9,273 nt of DNA from Lachnoclostridium sp. UBA903. GTDB taxonomy: Bacteria > Bacillota > Clostridia > Lachnospirales > Lachnospiraceae. The number at the start of each line of letters is the position of its first letter. Position 1 is the first letter of the stretch. A model generated the notes under the pieces. That model saw nothing but the letters and a program-made list of their open reading frames with translations, did no database searches and had not been told where the DNA came from. The stretch spans positions 1-9,273 of the forward strand of contig DBEP01000015.1 of assembly GCA_002294045.1 (NCBI GenBank), written 5' to 3'. This document shows, in pieces, positions 6,722-9,273 of this stretch. Position numbers and translations under genes: made by a program.

Positions 6722-7489
6722 ATGATTTTTGAAACACATGCCCATTATGATGATGAAGCGTTTGATGAAGATAGAGACCATTTATTAAACAGTCTTTATG
6801 AGGAAGGCATAGGATACGTTGTTAATATTAGTTCAAGCATGGAAACGACGAAAAAAACACTGGAATTAACAGAGCGTTTTTCTTTTCTTTATGGCGCCGT
6901 CGGGGTTCATCCCAGTGAAACGGCCGAATTAAATGAAGAAAATTTCAGCTGGTTAAAGCAGGCGGCAGGACGGACTAAAGTGGTCGCAATCGGCGAAATC
7001 GGGCTGGATTATTACTGGGATACGCCAACGAGGCAGATACAGAAAGAATGGTTTGAACGGCAGATGGAGCTTGCCGGAGAATTAAAGCTTCCCTCAGTCA
7101 TTCACAGCAGGGATGCCGCAGCAGATACTTATGATATGATAAAAGCAGCGGGGTTAGAGAAAACAGGCGGTGTAATTCATTGTTTTTCCTACGGGAAGGA
7201 TATGGCTGAAAAATATCTGGAGAGAGGCTTTTATTTAGGGATAGGAGGTGTTGTTACTTTTAAAAATGCTAAAAAGCTAAAAGAAGTGGTGGAATATGCC
7301 CCCATGGAGCAGCTGGTTTTGGAAACAGATTGCCCTTACCTGGCACCGGAGCCGAACCGGGGTAAGAGAAATTCTTCTCTGAATTTAATCTATGTGGCAG
7401 AAGAAATTGCACGGTTAAAAGGAATCACCTGCGAAGAAGTCATAGGCGCCACAGAACAGAATGCGAAAAAATTATACGGTATCAGGTGA
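6722..7489 (+). CDS. tatD: TatD-family metal-dependent hydrolase/DNase (YabD-like), 255 aa
   Basis: TatD signatures are present: ETHAHYDD, GEIGLDYYW, LPSVIHSRDA, VIHCFSY, GIGGVVTFKNA, LETDCPYLAPEPNRGKRN. The position downstream of metG matches B. subtilis metS-yabD. Confidence 0.92.
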   Translation: MIFETHAHYDDEAFDEDRDHLLNSLYEEGIGYVVNISSSMETTKKTLELTERFSFLYGAVGVHPSETAELNEENFSWLKQAAGRTKVVAIGEIGLDYYWDTPTRQIQKEWFERQMELAGELKLPSVIHSRDAAADTYDMIKAAGLEKTGGVIHCFSYGKDMAEKYLERGFYLGIGGVVTFKNAKKLKEVVEYAPMEQLVLETDCPYLAPEPNRGKRNSSLNLIYVAEEIARLKGITCEEVIGATEQNAKKLYGIR

Positions 7490-7515
7490 TGGAAAGAGGT
7501 AATTATTTTCATGCG

Positions 7516-7527
7516 ATTCGTACGAAT
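7516..7527. repeat. Operator-like palindrome, copy A (ATTCGTACGAAT)
   Basis: Perfect 12-bp palindrome. It shares the 13-nt core ATTCGTACGAATA with copy C. Its centre lies 32 bp (about 3 helical turns) upstream of the centre of copy B. Confidence 0.45.
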
Positions 7528-7539
7528 AATAAAATCACA

Positions 7540-7569
7540 CTTGAATTATTTGTACGAATACCATAAACT
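7540..7569 (+). promoter_or_regulatory. Promoter/operator cassette B, upstream of the AbrB-fold gene
   Basis: CTTGAATTATTTGTACGAATA (7540-7560) is a 20/21 match to 7771-7791. It reads as -35 TTGAAT (7541-7546), a 17-nt spacer containing the imperfect palindrome TATTtGTACGAATA (7547-7560), and -10 TAAACT (7564-7569). Confidence 0.45.
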
Positions 7570-7589
7570 ATAGGCATGGAGGTGATTAT

Positions 7590-7775
7590 GTGGCTGAAAC
7601 AATAATAAAAAGAAAGATGCTTTTTAATAAGCCTGGTGGAACAGCAAGTAAAAATGCTATGATGGCAAGACTTACTTTGCCACCAGAGTTTGTTAGCGCT
7701 CTGGGAATAACACAGGAAGATAAAGAAGTATTAATATCATTGGAAAATGATAAAATAATTATCAAAAAAGCTTGA
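7590..7775 (+). CDS. Small AbrB/MazE/SpoVT-fold (swapped-hairpin) DNA-binding protein, 61 aa
   Basis: The GTG start at 7590 lies 6 nt after GGAGG (7579-7583). An alternative ATG at 7617 has no good Shine-Dalgarno site. ARLTLPPEFVSALGITQEDKEVLISLENDKIIIKK resembles the AbrB N-domain pattern (compare B. subtilis AbrB ...VVIPIELRRTLGIAEKDALEIYVDDEKIILKK). The fold assignment is inference from this resemblance. Confidence 0.55.
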   Translation: MAETIIKRKMLFNKPGGTASKNAMMARLTLPPEFVSALGITQEDKEVLISLENDKIIIKKA

Positions 7776-7800
7776 ATTATTCGTACGAATATTATATAAT
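7771..7800 (+). promoter_or_regulatory. Promoter/operator cassette C, upstream of the coiled-coil sORF
   Basis: -35 TTGAAT (7772-7777), an exactly 17-nt spacer, and a consensus -10 TATAAT (7795-7800). The spacer begins with the perfect 14-bp palindrome TATTCGTACGAATA (7778-7791). The stop codon of the AbrB-fold gene (TGA 7773-7775) is embedded in the -35 hexamer. Confidence 0.6.
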
Positions 7801-7863
7801 AAAGAAAAGATAGTTAAGAAAGGCAAGGTTTTAACAAAAAAGATATCACGGGGGTAAAACAGT

Positions 7864-8019
7864 ATGACGGATGCAGAAAAACTTGATTTGATACTTGAAA
7901 AGATAACAGACCTTGAGAAAGCATTAAAGGATTTAAAAAGACAGCAAATGAAAGAAACAGAGGAGTTAAAAGCAATGGATGGCATGATTCTTGATGAAGT
8001 TGAACGGGTACATGAATGA
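7864..8019 (+). CDS. Unannotated sORF encoding a 51-aa charged coiled-coil microprotein (below the ORF-track length cutoff)
   Basis: My translation is MTDAEKLDLILEKITDLEKALKDLKRQQMKETEELKAMDGMILDEVERVHE*. ATG 7864 lies 8 nt after GGGGGT (7850-7855), ~57 nt downstream of the consensus promoter at 7772-7800, and upstream of a strong terminator. Hydrophobic residues show heptad-like spacing (L7, I10, I14, L17, L21, L24). The in-frame sequence after TGA 8017-8019 stays open to TAG 8059-8061. Confidence 0.5.
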   Translation: MTDAEKLDLILEKITDLEKALKDLKRQQMKETEELKAMDGMILDEVERVHE

Positions 8020-8063
8020 TTAATCAGACGAACGGATGCCTTAGAAAAGAAAATAGGATAGAT

Positions 8064-8094
8064 AAAAAGAGCGGGCCTGCCACCGCTCTTTTTT
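8064..8094. terminator. Bidirectional rho-independent terminator
   Basis: AAAAAGAGCGG (8064-8074) pairs with CCGCTCTTTTT (8083-8093) across an 8-nt loop, GCCTGCCA. The GC core is GAGCGG/CCGCTC. The A-tract upstream and T-tract downstream give a U-run on either strand. Confidence 0.8.
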
Positions 8095-8352
8095 GTTGTA
8101 CTCAAAGCAAAATCATACCGCTAATACGGTGCCGGTGATAACCTTATTTGACATGTATTCGAGCCTCCTATGTAATATTTTACCTTTAGCATGGGATGTT
8201 TTTCCTATTTTGTCGAGCCAAAAAACATAAAAAACCCCATACTGTTTCAGGAAGAGCGCGAGGCCACGTTTTGGTTGAAGTTATCCATAACATGTTGACT
8301 TTTAGTATATAATAAGATACCATAAATCAATAAAAAAGAATGGAAAAACTAT

Positions 8353-9228
8353 ATGCAAAATAAATTAGGTAATCCAAAGGAAACCATAGAAATTTTAAAT
8401 AAGTATCATTTTGTCTTTCAGAAAAAATACGGACAGAATTTTTTAATTGATACCCATGTGCTGGATAAAATAATCAAGGCAGCCGGCATTACCGGGGACG
8501 ATATGGTACTGGAGGTAGGCCCCGGCATCGGTACCTTGACCCAATACTTATGCGAAGCGGCCAGGGAAGTCATTGCCGTAGAGATTGATAAAAACTTAGT
8601 ACCGATTCTTAAGGATACTTTATCGTCTTATGATAATATTACAATCATTAATGAAGATATCCTGAAAGTTGATATTAATAGACTGGTTCAGGAGAAAAAT
8701 AACAATAAGCCCATAAAAATTGTTGCCAATCTGCCCTATTATATCACAACGCCCATAATTATGGGATTATTTGAAGCTCATGTGCCCGTGGATAATGTAA
8801 CCGTAATGGTACAAAAAGAAGTGGCGGACCGTATGCAGTCCGGTCCCGGCAGTAAGGATTACGGGGCACTGTCACTGGCGGTCCAATATTACGCAGAACC
8901 TTACATTGCAGCCAACGTACCGCCCAACTGCTTTATGCCAAGACCTAAAGTGGGTTCGGCCGTAATCCGGCTGAATCTTCATAGTGCTAAGCCGGTTAAG
9001 GTAAAGGATGAAAAGCTTATGTTCCGCCTTATCCGTGCTTCTTTTAACCAGAGAAGGAAGACACTGGTCAACGGCTTGCATAACGGACAGGACCTTAATT
9101 TGTCAAAGGAAACCATAGCAGAAGCTGTTAAAGAGCTTCAGGTTTCCCCAACCATCCGGGGGGAAGCCTTAACCCTGGAGCAGTTTGCAAGGCTCAGTGA
9201 TATCATTTATGATAAAATTCATTCCTAG
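8353..9228 (+). CDS. rsmA: 16S rRNA (adenine1518-N6/adenine1519-N6)-dimethyltransferase RsmA/KsgA, 291 aa
   Basis: KsgA signatures are present: KKYGQNFLID, the SAM-binding VLEVGPGIGTLT, NLPYYITTPI, FMPRPKVGSAVI and FNQRRKTL. The N-terminal length matches B. subtilis KsgA. The Shine-Dalgarno site is weak (GGAAAA). Confidence 0.93.
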   Translation: MQNKLGNPKETIEILNKYHFVFQKKYGQNFLIDTHVLDKIIKAAGITGDDMVLEVGPGIGTLTQYLCEAAREVIAVEIDKNLVPILKDTLSSYDNITIINEDILKVDINRLVQEKNNNKPIKIVANLPYYITTPIIMGLFEAHVPVDNVTVMVQKEVADRMQSGPGSKDYGALSLAVQYYAEPYIAANVPPNCFMPRPKVGSAVIRLNLHSAKPVKVKDEKLMFRLIRASFNQRRKTLVNGLHNGQDLNLSKETIAEAVKELQVSPTIRGEALTLEQFARLSDIIYDKIHS

Positions 9229-9273
9229 AGCGTGTTATAAAAATCATTGCACCGTTCTGAACGCTCCACTTTG

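Noticed and set aside
7489-7566. A 25-codon ORF (MERGNYFHAIRTNNKITLELFVRIP) starting in the TGATG overlap with the tatD stop and spanning operator copies A and B
   Set aside because: No properly spaced Shine-Dalgarno site: AGGTG abuts the ATG. Its sequence is dictated by the palindromic operators, so it is more simply regulatory DNA.
7540-7791. Whether the 21-nt repeats could be a CRISPR array, or the terminal repeats or target-site duplication of a mobile element
   Set aside because: There are only two full copies, and they are direct rather than inverted. No cas, transposase or integrase gene is nearby. Each copy is positioned exactly as a -35/spacer of a promoter, so a regulatory explanation fits better.
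7737-8105. A 122-aa minus-strand ORF covering the sORF region
   Set aside because: It begins at a non-ATG codon (TTG) and has no Shine-Dalgarno site. It reads straight through the terminator hairpin (8064-8094) and overlaps the end of the AbrB-fold gene. Its Ser/Phe-rich composition is what is expected antisense to a Lys/Glu-rich coding strand. The + strand sORF at 7864-8019 has a consensus promoter, a Shine-Dalgarno site and a terminator, and is the better model.
8117-8148. Possible mimic of the 16S rRNA 3' end (helix-45-like hairpin ACCG-CTAATA-CGGT, then GATAACCTTATT versus 16S GATCACCTCCTT) upstream of rsmA. This is tempting because KsgA has been reported to autoregulate translation in E. 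coli.
   Set aside because: Only 9/12 identity, with a 4-bp stem. It lies ~200 nt from the rsmA start with no mapped promoter. I found it by looking for it, so chance resemblance in AT-rich DNA cannot be excluded. It would need covariation evidence from orthologous leaders.
8295-8313. TTGACT (8295-8300) and TATAAT (8308-8313) upstream of rsmA looked like a perfect promoter
   Set aside because: The hexamers are only 7 nt apart, which is incompatible with sigma-A spacing of 16-18 nt. TTGACT-17-TACCAT (8318-8323) is possible but weak. I do not call an rsmA promoter.

Overview
This is a chromosomal segment from a low-GC, spore-forming Firmicute. The evidence is Clostridia-like features: strong GGAGG-type Shine-Dalgarno sites, a T-box leader and a cotJ operon.

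The + strand backbone is the conserved translation and ribosome-maturation neighbourhood metG ... tatD ... rsmA(ksgA), which matches B. subtilis abrB-metS-yabD-yabE-rnmV-ksgA. That backbone is interrupted twice.

(i) Between metG and tatD lie a minus-strand cotJA-cotJB-cotJC spore-coat operon and a + strand two-gene unit. The unit encodes a membrane-anchored XRE-type HTH protein and a divergent CDP-alcohol phosphatidyltransferase.

(ii) Between tatD and rsmA lies an AT-rich ~0.6 kb micro-module. It has a 61-aa AbrB/SpoVT-fold protein and a 51-aa coiled-coil sORF that is absent from the ORF track. Each gene is preceded by nearly the same 21-nt promoter/operator cassette, whose spacer is a TATTCGTACGAATA palindrome. 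A bidirectional terminator closes the module. This is the least explained part of the window and my best candidate for something undescribed.

Upstream are the 3' end of a MATE/MOP-like transporter gene, a very AT-rich VanZ-family gene, and a textbook Met-specific (AUG) T-box riboswitch controlling metG.

I saw no rRNA or tRNA genes, CRISPR array, transposase, integrase or recognisable defence enzyme. All functional calls come from motif recognition by eye. No database search was run.
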